Origin: Planctopirus limnophila DSM 3776
Lineage (GTDB): Bacteria > Planctomycetota > Planctomycetia > Planctomycetales > Planctomycetaceae
NCBI RefSeq assembly: GCF_000092105.1
Contig: NC_014148.1
Coordinates: 3,690,001-3,722,000, forward strand
Direction of reading: 5' to 3'
Length of the DNA stretch: 32,000 nucleotides
In this document: piece after piece, positions 9,395-17,438 of the stretch
Numbering within the stretch: position 1 is the first letter of the stretch
Layout: each line of letters begins with the position of its first letter
The notes under the pieces: generated by a model
Seen by the model: only the letters and a program-made list of their open reading frames with translations
The model's database searches: none
What the model was told of the DNA's origin: nothing
Program-made: the position numbers and the translations under genes

Positions 9395-9531
9395 TGAAGT
9401 TGGCTGCGGCATGGGCATTTGGATGTTGTGGACTTTCCGTTCCGTCGTGGCAAGTCATACCTTGAACAGCGTAGAGGCGTAGGGGCCTATGATCGCGTTC
9501 AAGAACCTGCCATGACAGAATGAACTTCCAA

Positions 9532-10104
9532 CTAGGCCAGTTGCTTTTTGCGGCCTACCAGGGTTCGAATTCGTTCTGCAAGCAGCGCGGCATCGAATGG
9601 CTTACGGAATGTTTCGCTGAAGAGTGAGCGGTCGATACCACTCGCTGTGTCTTCATCGGTCAGCAATGCCACCAGAACTGCGTCGGCATATTCGCCGTTT
9701 TTACGCAGATTCTGGGCAATCAGCATTGCTTCATGCCGTCCCATACTGAAGTCGATGACTACCGCATCTGGATGCAGCGATTCTGCCTGAATGCCTGCTT
9801 CGAACCCGCTGGCTGCTGCTTCGATTTTGAAGTCTTCGATAGGCATCAGTTCAGTCAGGTTGTGGCGGACCTGGGAATCGAGACCCACGAGGAGCAGTTT
9901 GCCCATCGCTTCGTCTTCGAGTTCACCCAGAGGCATGCCGTGCTCCTTGAGGAAGCGGATTAAATGCTCCCTGGGAATGCGGCGATCCTGCGATCCGGGA
10001 ATGCGGTAGCCGCGCAGACGCCCTGAATCAAACCATTTGGAGACGGTTCGAGGGGCAACTTTGCAGATCTTGGCGACCTGGCCAGTCGTAAAGATCGTTC
10101 TCAT
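9532..10104 (-). CDS. Response regulator with an N-terminal excisionase/MerR-type HTH and a C-terminal receiver domain
   Basis: The ORF is 9532-10122, but its first codon is GTG. ATG at 10104 is preceded by GGAG and gives MRTIFTTGQVAKICKVAPRTVSKWFDSGRLRGYRIPGSQDRRIPREHLIRFLKEHG (HTH_17-like). Receiver hallmarks follow: LLLVGLD, VVIDFSMG (acceptor Asp), VALLT, FRKPF. Confidence 0.9.
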   Translation of the reverse strand: MRTIFTTGQVAKICKVAPRTVSKWFDSGRLRGYRIPGSQDRRIPREHLIRFLKEHGMPLGELEDEAMGKLLLVGLDSQVRHNLTELMPIEDFKIEAAASGFEAGIQAESLHPDAVVIDFSMGRHEAMLIAQNLRKNGEYADAVLVALLTDEDTASGIDRSLFSETFRKPFDAALLAERIRTLVGRKKQLA

Positions 10105-11118
10105 CGCGGGCACTCCAATCACCTATTATTGTTCACACACAGAAGGGTGTCGCGACCCTCCGGATCTTGACCCTCGCACGACGAATGTGGCTTTCATGGC
10201 CGCAACCAAAATTGCTGTCAGAGAAAATCTCTGTCAGCTTTCCACCTCTTGAGAAACAGTGCTGGGACTCCCGAAGAAGGCTCAACCAGTTTCCCAAATG
10301 TCGAACGTTGGAAAATCGAATCCGACCCGATCCTTAGTTTCGAATTCGAGTGAGGGGCGGGACGTAACCAAACTGGCAGAGCGTCCCTGCTCTGTGCATG
10401 AATCAAATTGCCCGCTTGTATCCTGCCCCCCTGGCAGTCGGTTTACCGGCGTTTCCGCCACAACACGATTTCCCGTCCGAAGGCGTTTGTCGTGTCGTTC
10501 CGATGCAAACCGTCTGCGTGTTCTTTTCGGCTTTCCTGGCACGATGACTTCAATTCTCTTGTCAAGACTGTCTTTGACTCTTGACGAAGTCGCTGGTTGC
10601 CGAGTTTTCGCGCGTTTTCAGGCCGTACTGCTTGCGTGAAATACGCCATTTATCATCACAGTTCAGGGCTCAAGGAATTCTCAGCGAAGGGGCTGCTGTG
10701 ACAGAATTCCTTCAGTCGTGAAGCATCAGGACTGAAGGATTAAAAATGAGTGGAAAAGGGCTCAAGTTTTCTGTCTGAACCTTACTCGTGAGTCGTCTGC
10801 AACCAGAAATTGACGATCTAATCCGTCATGTTGAACTTCATTGAAGGTCATGCGGCAGGTCTAGGTGGCATCAGTGGTGGGACGCAAATGGCGCGGCATC
10901 CTATCGTCGTGCCGTGACACGACCACGCTTAAGAAGTGCTGGGCCAGGTTGGCCGGGTGATCCGACACTCAAGTCTTGTCACCCGAGATCAGGTGAAGAG
11001 GGGGCTTGCTCGGGATGTGAGCAGGGCATTAATCCGCTTTACTACGAAGGGCAGGAAGGTAATTCGCTGTAAGTGGCATGCAGGGGCATGCCCTACTGAA
11101 GAGCAGGAACTCAACTTC

Positions 11119-11262
11119 CTGGAGAACTTCGCGGCTTCGCGTGAGGGTGATTTGAAATTCGGAGGTCTCTCGCGAAGGCGCGAAGGCTGCGAAATGGAGA
11201 AGAGTTGGTGCATTTCGCTGGTGCTGCATGGCACCCTACGGTTGGAAGAATACAAAAGACCC
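11119..11262 (+). repeat. Family A intergenic repeat, copy A2
   Basis: ctggagaacttcgcggcttcgcgtgagggtgatttgaaattcggaggtctctcgcgaaggcgcgaaggctgcgaaatggagaagagttggtgcatttcgctggtgctgcatggcaccctacggttggaag...aagacc. It is collinear with A1. Confidence 0.85.
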
Positions 11263-11280
11263 TCACCCGGCACTTCGTGC

Positions 11281-11310
11281 CACCCTCTCCCAGAAGACCG
11301 GGAGAGGGTG
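11281..11310. repeat. REP-like hairpin downstream of the sialidase gene
   Basis: caccctctccc / agaagacc / gggagagggtg gives an 11-bp perfect stem, 45 nt beyond the sialidase stop. It is the same type of unit as ccttctcccgtcagaacgggagaagg at 26846-26871 and 27095-27120. Confidence 0.7.
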
Positions 11311-11354
11311 CCCGAGGCATGATGGTATGAAATACATCGTTGCCGATGGATCAA

Positions 11355-12632
11355 TCATTCTGGGCTGGGTTTCGTGGAGTTTTCTTCGCCTTTAAGCCAG
11401 TCGAGGGGGAAGCGGGCGAAGGTTAATGTTTCGTAAGCGTTGCGGTCGCCGCATTCGTAGAGCAGGCCGATTTCGCCGTTCGCGAGAACTGTGAGGCAGG
11501 AGTACGCACTCGGTCGGGAGTCGATGAGTCGGCCTTCGGACCACGATTTTCCCAGATCTTCACTAATTCGAACGGTCATATTGGCCCGTTTTTGAGAAGA
11601 AGCAGGGTTTGCGAACAGAAGTGCTCCGGAGGGATGCCTGACGATGCTGGCCATGCAGGTCGGATCGGGCAACTGGCTGTAAGGGGCTGACCATGTGCCA
11701 TCGCCCAGCGAGTTTTTACCGGGGGTGAAACGTGACCAGAGTCTCTGACCACGCTGGCTTTCATTCCGCATTGTGAAGAGGAGTGTCCCATCGGCGGCTT
11801 CTGCCACCTGAGCTTCAGATGTGGCTGGCTGACTGGCGGCTGCCGGGGGCGTGAGGTGCCAGCTCTGACCGTGATCGTTACTCCACAATAGACAGGCATG
11901 GACGACGTTGTCGGCTCCTTTGTATTGAGCCGCAAAAACGAGTGTCCCGTTTTGTAATTGAATCCCGGCTCCAGGCCCCTGGAATAACAGCCGCCAGGCG
12001 GGCTGCTTGACTTGTGACGTGATGGAGACGGGAGTTGACCAGGTGAGTCCATCGTCTTTGCTGGAGGCTATGACGAGTTGGCCGGTCTCTTCGGGGGAAA
12101 GTCCGGGGCCGGAACCATGCCAGGCTCGTTTGCCGAACGACCAGAGTGCGGTCACGAAGATTTCGCCGGTCTCTCGATCGACGAGAATGGCCGGATCGCC
12201 GACACCATTGCCAGCGGAGTTCGGGGCTGATTTGTCGTAATCCATGATGGTTTGGAGTGGCCCCCAGGTCTGGCCACCATCGGTGCTGCGGAGGAGTCCC
12301 ACGTCGATATCGCCCGGGAGATCGACGGCTGATTTGTGGCGATTATCGAAGACCGCGAGGAGCGTGCCCTTGTTCGATGTGGCCAGGCCGGGAATTCGAT
12401 AGGTGTGAATCCCGTCGTCTCCCTGTCGGCGAATGACGGTGCGGAAGAGGTTCTCGTCGCCTTTGACAAGAGGAGCGGGATTTTCCTGCGAAGTGCAGAA
12501 TTCGAAGGGAGTGGCGAAGGCGATGAGAGCGAGTGTCCACGCGATGCAGGGAGTGAGAGTGATCGTACCCACCCAGAAACTGCACAAAGCCAGGAGGGAG
12601 GTTTTCAATGAGTTGACCACAAGAGAGTTCAT
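11355..12632 (-). CDS. Exo-alpha-sialidase (GH33-like, BNR/Asp-box repeats), secreted
   Basis: 425-aa ORF with an ATG start and a hydrophobic N-terminal signal. It carries the RIP motif (HTYRIPGLATS) and four Asp-boxes: STDGGQTWG, SKDDGLTWS, SNDHGQSWH, SEDLGKSWS. Confidence 0.9.
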   Translation of the reverse strand: MNSLVVNSLKTSLLALCSFWVGTITLTPCIAWTLALIAFATPFEFCTSQENPAPLVKGDENLFRTVIRRQGDDGIHTYRIPGLATSNKGTLLAVFDNRHKSAVDLPGDIDVGLLRSTDGGQTWGPLQTIMDYDKSAPNSAGNGVGDPAILVDRETGEIFVTALWSFGKRAWHGSGPGLSPEETGQLVIASSKDDGLTWSTPVSITSQVKQPAWRLLFQGPGAGIQLQNGTLVFAAQYKGADNVVHACLLWSNDHGQSWHLTPPAAASQPATSEAQVAEAADGTLLFTMRNESQRGQRLWSRFTPGKNSLGDGTWSAPYSQLPDPTCMASIVRHPSGALLFANPASSQKRANMTVRISEDLGKSWSEGRLIDSRPSAYSCLTVLANGEIGLLYECGDRNAYETLTFARFPLDWLKGEENSTKPSPE

Positions 12633-12975
12633 GGAAGAGGCTTTCGAAGTCTGGGTGTGCCAGCAGGCGGGGTGAGACCGGCAGTCAAATCAGGAGTATG
12701 TCCGATCTTTCGCCCGGTAACAAAAGTGAAAGCCTTCCAGTTCGGAGAGAAATGGAAAAAGCGGAGAGATCATGGTTGTCTTAAAAGTCAGGAAAATTTC
12801 GCAGGCGAAGTTTTACGCGCAGGAGGAAATTGATATATTCAATGACCAATCGGTGAAATTTTGATCCGTTCCGGCTTCTGCTCACGGCCTTGAATTGGTT
12901 CTGCCCGCCGTTTGGATGTTTCGAGATAGACTCTCGATTTTGATCTCATTGACCTACCACTCCGAGGAAATCTCC

Positions 12976-14319
12976 ATGCGACAGCCCAATCGACATTCCT
13001 CCGCTTCCAGCCGTCGAGAGTTTTTGAAGCAGACAGGTGCCCTGGGTGCCGCATTGTATGTGGGTAGCCAGAGTTTGAAGGCTCAGGAAACCGAACGTTC
13101 GGCGAACAACGAGATTCGCTTTGCCTGTATTGGCGTCGAAGGAAAGGGATCCAGTGATCGCGATGACGCCGGTCGTCATGGCAAGATTGTCGCCTTGTGC
13201 GATGTCGATAGTGATCGTCTGGAAAAGGCGGCTGCCCGCTATCCGCAGGCCAAGAAGTACACCGACTTTCGCAAGATGTTCGACGAGATGTCGAAGGACA
13301 TCGATGCTGTAACAGTCAGTACTCCTGACCATACGCATGCCGTTTCTGCTGCTCGTGCTTTGCGGGAAGGGAAGCATGTCTTCTGCCAGAAGCCACTGAC
13401 CTACACCGTTCAGGAAGCTCGCCTGCTACATGATCTGGCCAGCGAGAAGAAGCTGTGCACCCAGATGGGTAACCAGGGAACAGCTTCTGGCGGATTGCGT
13501 GAAGCAGTTCAGATTATCCGCAAGGGTGATCTGGGCGCAGTGAAAGAAGTGCATATCTGGACGAACCGCCCCATTTGGCCACAAGGCTTAGGGCGTCCGA
13601 CAGCCGTTGAAACTCCTCCCAAGACGCTCGACTGGGATCTGTGGCTCGGCCCTGCACCAGAACGTCCCTACAACTCGGCTTACGCTCCTTTCAAATGGCG
13701 CGGCTGGCTCGACTTCGGTACGGGTGCACTGGGCGATATGGCTTGCCACACGATGAATATGTCGGTGATGGCACTCGATCTGTTCGACCCGGTTTCGGTC
13801 GTGGCTGAGTCTTCGGGGATTATCGAGAACGAGTCGTATCCCAAGAACTCGAAGATTACCTATAAGTTCAAGGCCAACGACAAGCGTGGGCCAGTGACGC
13901 TTTACTGGTATGACGGTGGCAACCGCCCTGATCCTGCACTGATGCCTGGTGTCAAGCAGGGGGCGAGTGGTTCGCTGGTGATTGGTGAGAAGGGCCTGAT
14001 CTTCTCGGATAACGATTACCACGGCACTTACACGTTGCTGCCGACCGAGCAGTGGAAGGACTACACCAAGCCCGAGTACAAGGTTTCGCCTGGCCACTTC
14101 AAGGAGTTCGCCGACGCGATTAAGGAAAACAAGCCTGAGCTGGCAGTATCGAACTTCGATTACGCCTGCCGCCTGACGGAAACGGTGCTGCTGGGTAACG
14201 TGGCTCTGCGTGCCGGTAAGGAAATTGAGTGGGATGGCGTGAACATGAAGGTCACGAACCTTCCTGAAGCCAACAAGTTCCTGACTCGCGAATACCGCAA
14301 AGGTTGGGAACTCTTCTAG
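12976..14319 (+). CDS. Gfo/Idh/MocA-family NAD(P)-dependent oxidoreductase with a twin-arginine signal
   Basis: The ORF is 12895-14319. The internal ATG at 12976 is preceded by GAGGAA and gives [31 protein letters not shown] (Tat motif SRREFLK). A Rossmann start ([12 protein letters not shown]) and a QKP(L) motif at the EKP position are present. Confidence 0.88.
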   Translation: MRQPNRHSSASSRREFLKQTGALGAALYVGSQSLKAQETERSANNEIRFACIGVEGKGSSDRDDAGRHGKIVALCDVDSDRLEKAAARYPQAKKYTDFRKMFDEMSKDIDAVTVSTPDHTHAVSAARALREGKHVFCQKPLTYTVQEARLLHDLASEKKLCTQMGNQGTASGGLREAVQIIRKGDLGAVKEVHIWTNRPIWPQGLGRPTAVETPPKTLDWDLWLGPAPERPYNSAYAPFKWRGWLDFGTGALGDMACHTMNMSVMALDLFDPVSVVAESSGIIENESYPKNSKITYKFKANDKRGPVTLYWYDGGNRPDPALMPGVKQGASGSLVIGEKGLIFSDNDYHGTYTLLPTEQWKDYTKPEYKVSPGHFKEFADAIKENKPELAVSNFDYACRLTETVLLGNVALRAGKEIEWDGVNMKVTNLPEANKFLTREYRKGWELF

Positions 14320-14370
14320 TTCGGCGAGAGCATTGCTGGAGGCGATGAATCGTTCATTAAGTAAATTTAA

Positions 14371-14405
14371 GCCCCGGTACCTTTTCGAAGGTACCGGGGC
14401 TTTTT
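14371..14405 (+). terminator. Rho-independent terminator of the oxidoreductase gene
   Basis: gccccggtacc (14371-14381), loop ttttcgaa, ggtaccggggc (14390-14400), then ttttt (14401-14405). Confidence 0.85.
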
Positions 14406-14412
14406 GCTTGAT

Positions 14413-14571
14413 GGGTGGCTATGGTCAAACGTCTTCGTTTGACCACAGGTCATTGGACGTTGGTTGTTGATAGCCATGTGCATGGGGTGTTGTGAGGAAG
14501 GTTGCCGATGCATTTGTGCCGGTGAGCTTTTTGACCAGGGGGCGGATGAAGACATCCGACCCCTGCCACCC
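14413..14571 (+). repeat. Family B mosaic palindromic element, copy B1 (modules m1-m2-m3)
   Basis: m1 is the hairpin ggtcaaacgtcttcgtttgacc (14423-14444). m2 is gatgcatttgtgc (from 14507). m3 is gaccagggggcggatgaagacatccgacccctgccaccc (14533-14571). Confidence 0.8.
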
Positions 14572-14623
14572 GGATGAATTAGAGATCGGGAGACTTACGG
14601 AAGAGATGAATCATGCAGATCTT

Positions 14624-14787
14624 CTTGGAGAACTTCGCGGCTTCGCGTGAGGATGATTTTTCGTTCGGACTTCTCTCGCGAAGGCGCGAAGGGAATTGAG
14701 AGACAAAAATTTGGTGACAGGCAGAAATGAGGAGAAGACCCTCACTCTCCCCTCTCCCACACAGACGTGGGCGAGGGTTGTAGAGGA
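14624..14787 (+). repeat. Family A repeat, copy A3 (diverged middle), plus the 'cctcac...gggcgagggtt' tail module
   Basis: cttggagaacttcgcggcttcgcgtgaggatgattt...ctctcgcgaaggcgcgaaggg...gaagacc, followed by ctcactctcccctctcccacacagacgtgggcgagggttgtagag. Confidence 0.75.
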
Positions 14788-14977
14788 GGACACGCATGGC
14801 CGGGCTATGCCCGAGTGAAGCTGAGTGTGCCCTCTTGAGATTGCGGGTTCAAAGCCATACTCTCTCCGGCGTCATGGAATCATTGGGTGGTGCTGATTCA
14901 GGCTGACCATCGATCGCACTCGAAAAGCGAATCGACGTGGAGAGTTTGAGAACAAATCTGCAGGAGTAGGCTCGCAC

Positions 14978-16132
14978 ATGGGGATCTGGTTGTGGAGGCA
15001 TATTGTTCCCGGTGTCTCGGCTATCGGACTGGCGGCAATTGTGCTGCTGATCTCTGACTTACCGCGCAGGAGCAGTTCCGATGCGAGCAAAAGCCAGCCA
15101 CCACAGGTGGTGATGCTGCAGATGTCGTCTCAGTCGATTATGGATGAGGCCGCTGTGAAGGTGATTGCAGGGCTGGCTGAAGCCGGATTTGTGACAGACC
15201 AGAAGTCGGCAGATCAGAGTGGCAAAGGCAGGGCGATCGTGCTGACGAGACTCAATGCCGAGAACGACATGGCGACGGCTAACGCTATGGCGACTGAAGT
15301 GGTGGGTGGCCGATATGATCTGATCATTACGTTATCGACGCCTTGCCTGCAGGCTGTGGCCAATGCCAACAAACGAGATCAGGTCAGGCATGTATTTGGT
15401 TTAGTCTCTGATCCCACCGTCGCGGGAGTTGGAGTCGGCAGTGGGCCAATGGATCATCCGCCTTATATGGTCGGGATCGGGACATTGCCTCCGGCTGAGA
15501 AATCCTTCGAGCTGGCCAAGCAGATCAATCCGGCACTCAAGAGGGTCGGCGTGGTCTGGAACCCTGCGGAGGTGAACTCGGAAATCGCGACGAAGGTAGC
15601 TCGAACGACCTGTCAGAAACTGGGAATAGAACTGCTGGAAGCCAATGCCGAGAACACGGCAAGTGTGCGTGAAGCGGCTGTTTCACTTATCGCCCGGGAG
15701 ATCGACGCGTTGTGGATTGGCGGTGATATTACAGCGCTGTCGGCGGCAGATGTGCTGATTCAACTGGGCAATCAGGCCCATATTCCCGTCTTTACGTGTA
15801 TGCCCGGGAATGCAGCGAAAGGGGCATTGTTTGATGTGGGAGCCAACTACAGTGTCGTAGGACATCAGGTCGGAAAGCTGGCGGCACGCGTACTGGCTGG
15901 CGAGGAACCTGCCAAGATTCCCTGGGAGGTGGCCATTCCTCCCAAGCTGTTTTTGAACAAGGGGGTGATTGGCAATTTGAAGGGCGAGTGGAAGTTTCCA
16001 AAGCAACTCCTGGATCAAGCCGATGTGATTATTGATCCAGCGGCTAAAGAACCACTCAAAACAACATTGACCCGGCCTGGTTGTTCGCGGCCAGTTTGCA
16101 GGGGCTGTTCCATCGACCGTGTCTGTGGTTAA
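14978..16132 (+). CDS. ABC transporter substrate-binding protein (ABC_sub_bind / COG2984 type), membrane-anchored
   Basis: 384-aa ORF with ATG at 14978 and an N-terminal TM anchor (VSAIGLAAIVLLISDL). Blocks typical of this family are present: RYDLIITLSTPCLQAV, VGVVWNPAEVNSE, IDALWIGGDITALSA, IPVFT. The COG4120 permease and COG1101 ATPase lie downstream. Confidence 0.85.
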   Translation: MGIWLWRHIVPGVSAIGLAAIVLLISDLPRRSSSDASKSQPPQVVMLQMSSQSIMDEAAVKVIAGLAEAGFVTDQKSADQSGKGRAIVLTRLNAENDMATANAMATEVVGGRYDLIITLSTPCLQAVANANKRDQVRHVFGLVSDPTVAGVGVGSGPMDHPPYMVGIGTLPPAEKSFELAKQINPALKRVGVVWNPAEVNSEIATKVARTTCQKLGIELLEANAENTASVREAAVSLIAREIDALWIGGDITALSAADVLIQLGNQAHIPVFTCMPGNAAKGALFDVGANYSVVGHQVGKLAARVLAGEEPAKIPWEVAIPPKLFLNKGVIGNLKGEWKFPKQLLDQADVIIDPAAKEPLKTTLTRPGCSRPVCRGCSIDRVCG

Positions 16133-16148
16133 GGGAGAAAACCAGATT

Positions 16149-17438
16149 ATGCAGATAACTCCACAACCACATGGCGATCTTCTGGAGCTGAAGTTGAGCG
16201 GGCGGCTCGATGCCGAGTGGGCCGACCTGTTGAAAAGTGCAATTCAGGATGCGTTGCGTCGTGGTTCGCATGCTCTGCTGCTCGATTTTACCGAAGTCCA
16301 TTATGTGAGTTCGGCGGGACTTTCCGTGCTGGTGAATGCTCATCAGAAGTATCAGGAAATTCGAGGTTTCTTCGGTATTGGCGGTCTCACAGGCCCGGTC
16401 GAAGAAGTGGTACGACTCACAGGGCTGTCGAAGCTTTTGTTGTGTGATCCCGAAACTGCGCGAAAGTCGCATGCGGGGGCTATGGCGACAGTCCATCTTC
16501 CCGTGGGAATCAAGTCGACCTCTGCGGCTGATTACGAAGTGTACGACCTCGAGACATTGGGGCCCGTCGAATGGGAATGTCTCGGGAAGCCTGATGACTT
16601 TGATAGCCTGCCCATCGTGGCGAACCCGGCGAATTCCTGGGAAATGTCGGCGCACGATTTTGCGATTGGTCTGGGGGCTTTTTCGCAAGATTCATCTGCA
16701 GCGGGCTCAGGGGCTGCAGGCTCGCAGACCGGAGAACTCCTGGCGGCAGCGGGTGTTGTCGCCATTCAGCCAGCCGGTGGGGCGACACGGCCTGATTACC
16801 AGATCCTGCAGGGCGGGTATTCGCCCAGGCCTCAATTGCTGTACGGACTTCGATGCTCTGGCGAGCCACGGTGGCTCTTGCGATTTGATCAGGATGATCG
16901 AGAGGAGTTCCTGCCACTTTATCGGCTGACTGAAAGTGCCTTGGAGACAGCCGGGAGTGAGGCGGCTTTGATATTGGTTCTGGCTGAAACCAGTGGCCTG
17001 GTGGGTGCCACATTACGGCAATCGCCAACGGCACCTGTTGTGGGAAATTCTCGCTTTGAACATCCGGGGGTTCGCGACTGGCTGGCATGGACACCACAGC
17101 GCGAGCATGGGGAGTCGCTGGTGGTGGCCGTGGGTGTGGTGGCGAGCGTCAGCCGATTGGCCAATGATTCGCCACTGAAGCCATTCCTTAGACCATTAGC
17201 AAATGAGAGCGATCTGTGGGGGCATTTTCATGCGGCCATTTTCCCATTCAGGCCATTTAAGAAGCGATTACTGGATTGGGGGCAATTTATTCCGGGATTG
17301 TTTGAAAGTGGGACTTTGCAAGGGGTGATGCATCTGGTGAATGATGACCGTCCGATTATCGGGGCTGGCGACAGCGAGTTTATCCGCGGTGCCTGCTGGG
17401 TAGGTCCTCTGGCTGCAGAGAGGGGGATCTCGCGATGA
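16149..17438 (+). CDS. STAS-domain (anti-sigma-antagonist fold) protein fused to a ~330-aa domain of unknown function
   Basis: The ORF is 16119-17438. ATG at 16149 is preceded by AAGGGAG. The N-terminal ~100 aa read MQITPQPHGDLLELKLSGRLDAEWADLLKSAIQDALRRGSHALLLDFTEVHYVSSAGLSVLVNAHQ...VVRLTGLSKLL, which fits the SpoIIAA/RsbV pattern including the conserved Ser. I did not recognise the remainder. Its stop overlaps the permease start (ATGA at 17435-17438). Confidence 0.85.
   Translation: MQITPQPHGDLLELKLSGRLDAEWADLLKSAIQDALRRGSHALLLDFTEVHYVSSAGLSVLVNAHQKYQEIRGFFGIGGLTGPVEEVVRLTGLSKLLLCDPETARKSHAGAMATVHLPVGIKSTSAADYEVYDLETLGPVEWECLGKPDDFDSLPIVANPANSWEMSAHDFAIGLGAFSQDSSAAGSGAAGSQTGELLAAAGVVAIQPAGGATRPDYQILQGGYSPRPQLLYGLRCSGEPRWLLRFDQDDREEFLPLYRLTESALETAGSEAALILVLAETSGLVGATLRQSPTAPVVGNSRFEHPGVRDWLAWTPQREHGESLVVAVGVVASVSRLANDSPLKPFLRPLANESDLWGHFHAAIFPFRPFKKRLLDWGQFIPGLFESGTLQGVMHLVNDDRPIIGAGDSEFIRGACWVGPLAAERGISR

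Noticed and set aside
1816-9531. Integrase, recombinase or transposase gene that would make the efflux block a classical genomic island
   Set aside because: No ORF in the block, on either strand, shows recombinase or DDE-type motifs. The island idea therefore rests only on the flanking duplication and on composition.
9082-11354. Similar small ORFs (9082-9276 and 11029-11229, MQ[RH]QRNAPTL...; 9161-9418, 11111-11320 and 14611-14793, ...AKxRSSP) that might look like a small-protein family
   Set aside because: They are generated by the Family A nucleotide repeat. Several overlapping frames on the same strand are open across each copy, and the ORF boundaries differ between copies. The conservation is therefore at DNA level.
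14367-14555. ORFs sharing MSSSAPWSK..AQMH-like peptides (14367-14555, 19349-19654, and the N-terminus of 29807-30484)
   Set aside because: They are encoded by the palindromic Family B modules (m3/m2) in intergenic positions. Their lengths and ends are unrelated between copies, so I treat them as repeat artefacts.
16056-17097. Minus-strand ORFs of 210 aa and 195 aa
   Set aside because: They lie antisense to the STAS-fusion gene, which has a clear domain and operon coupling. They have no motifs of their own.
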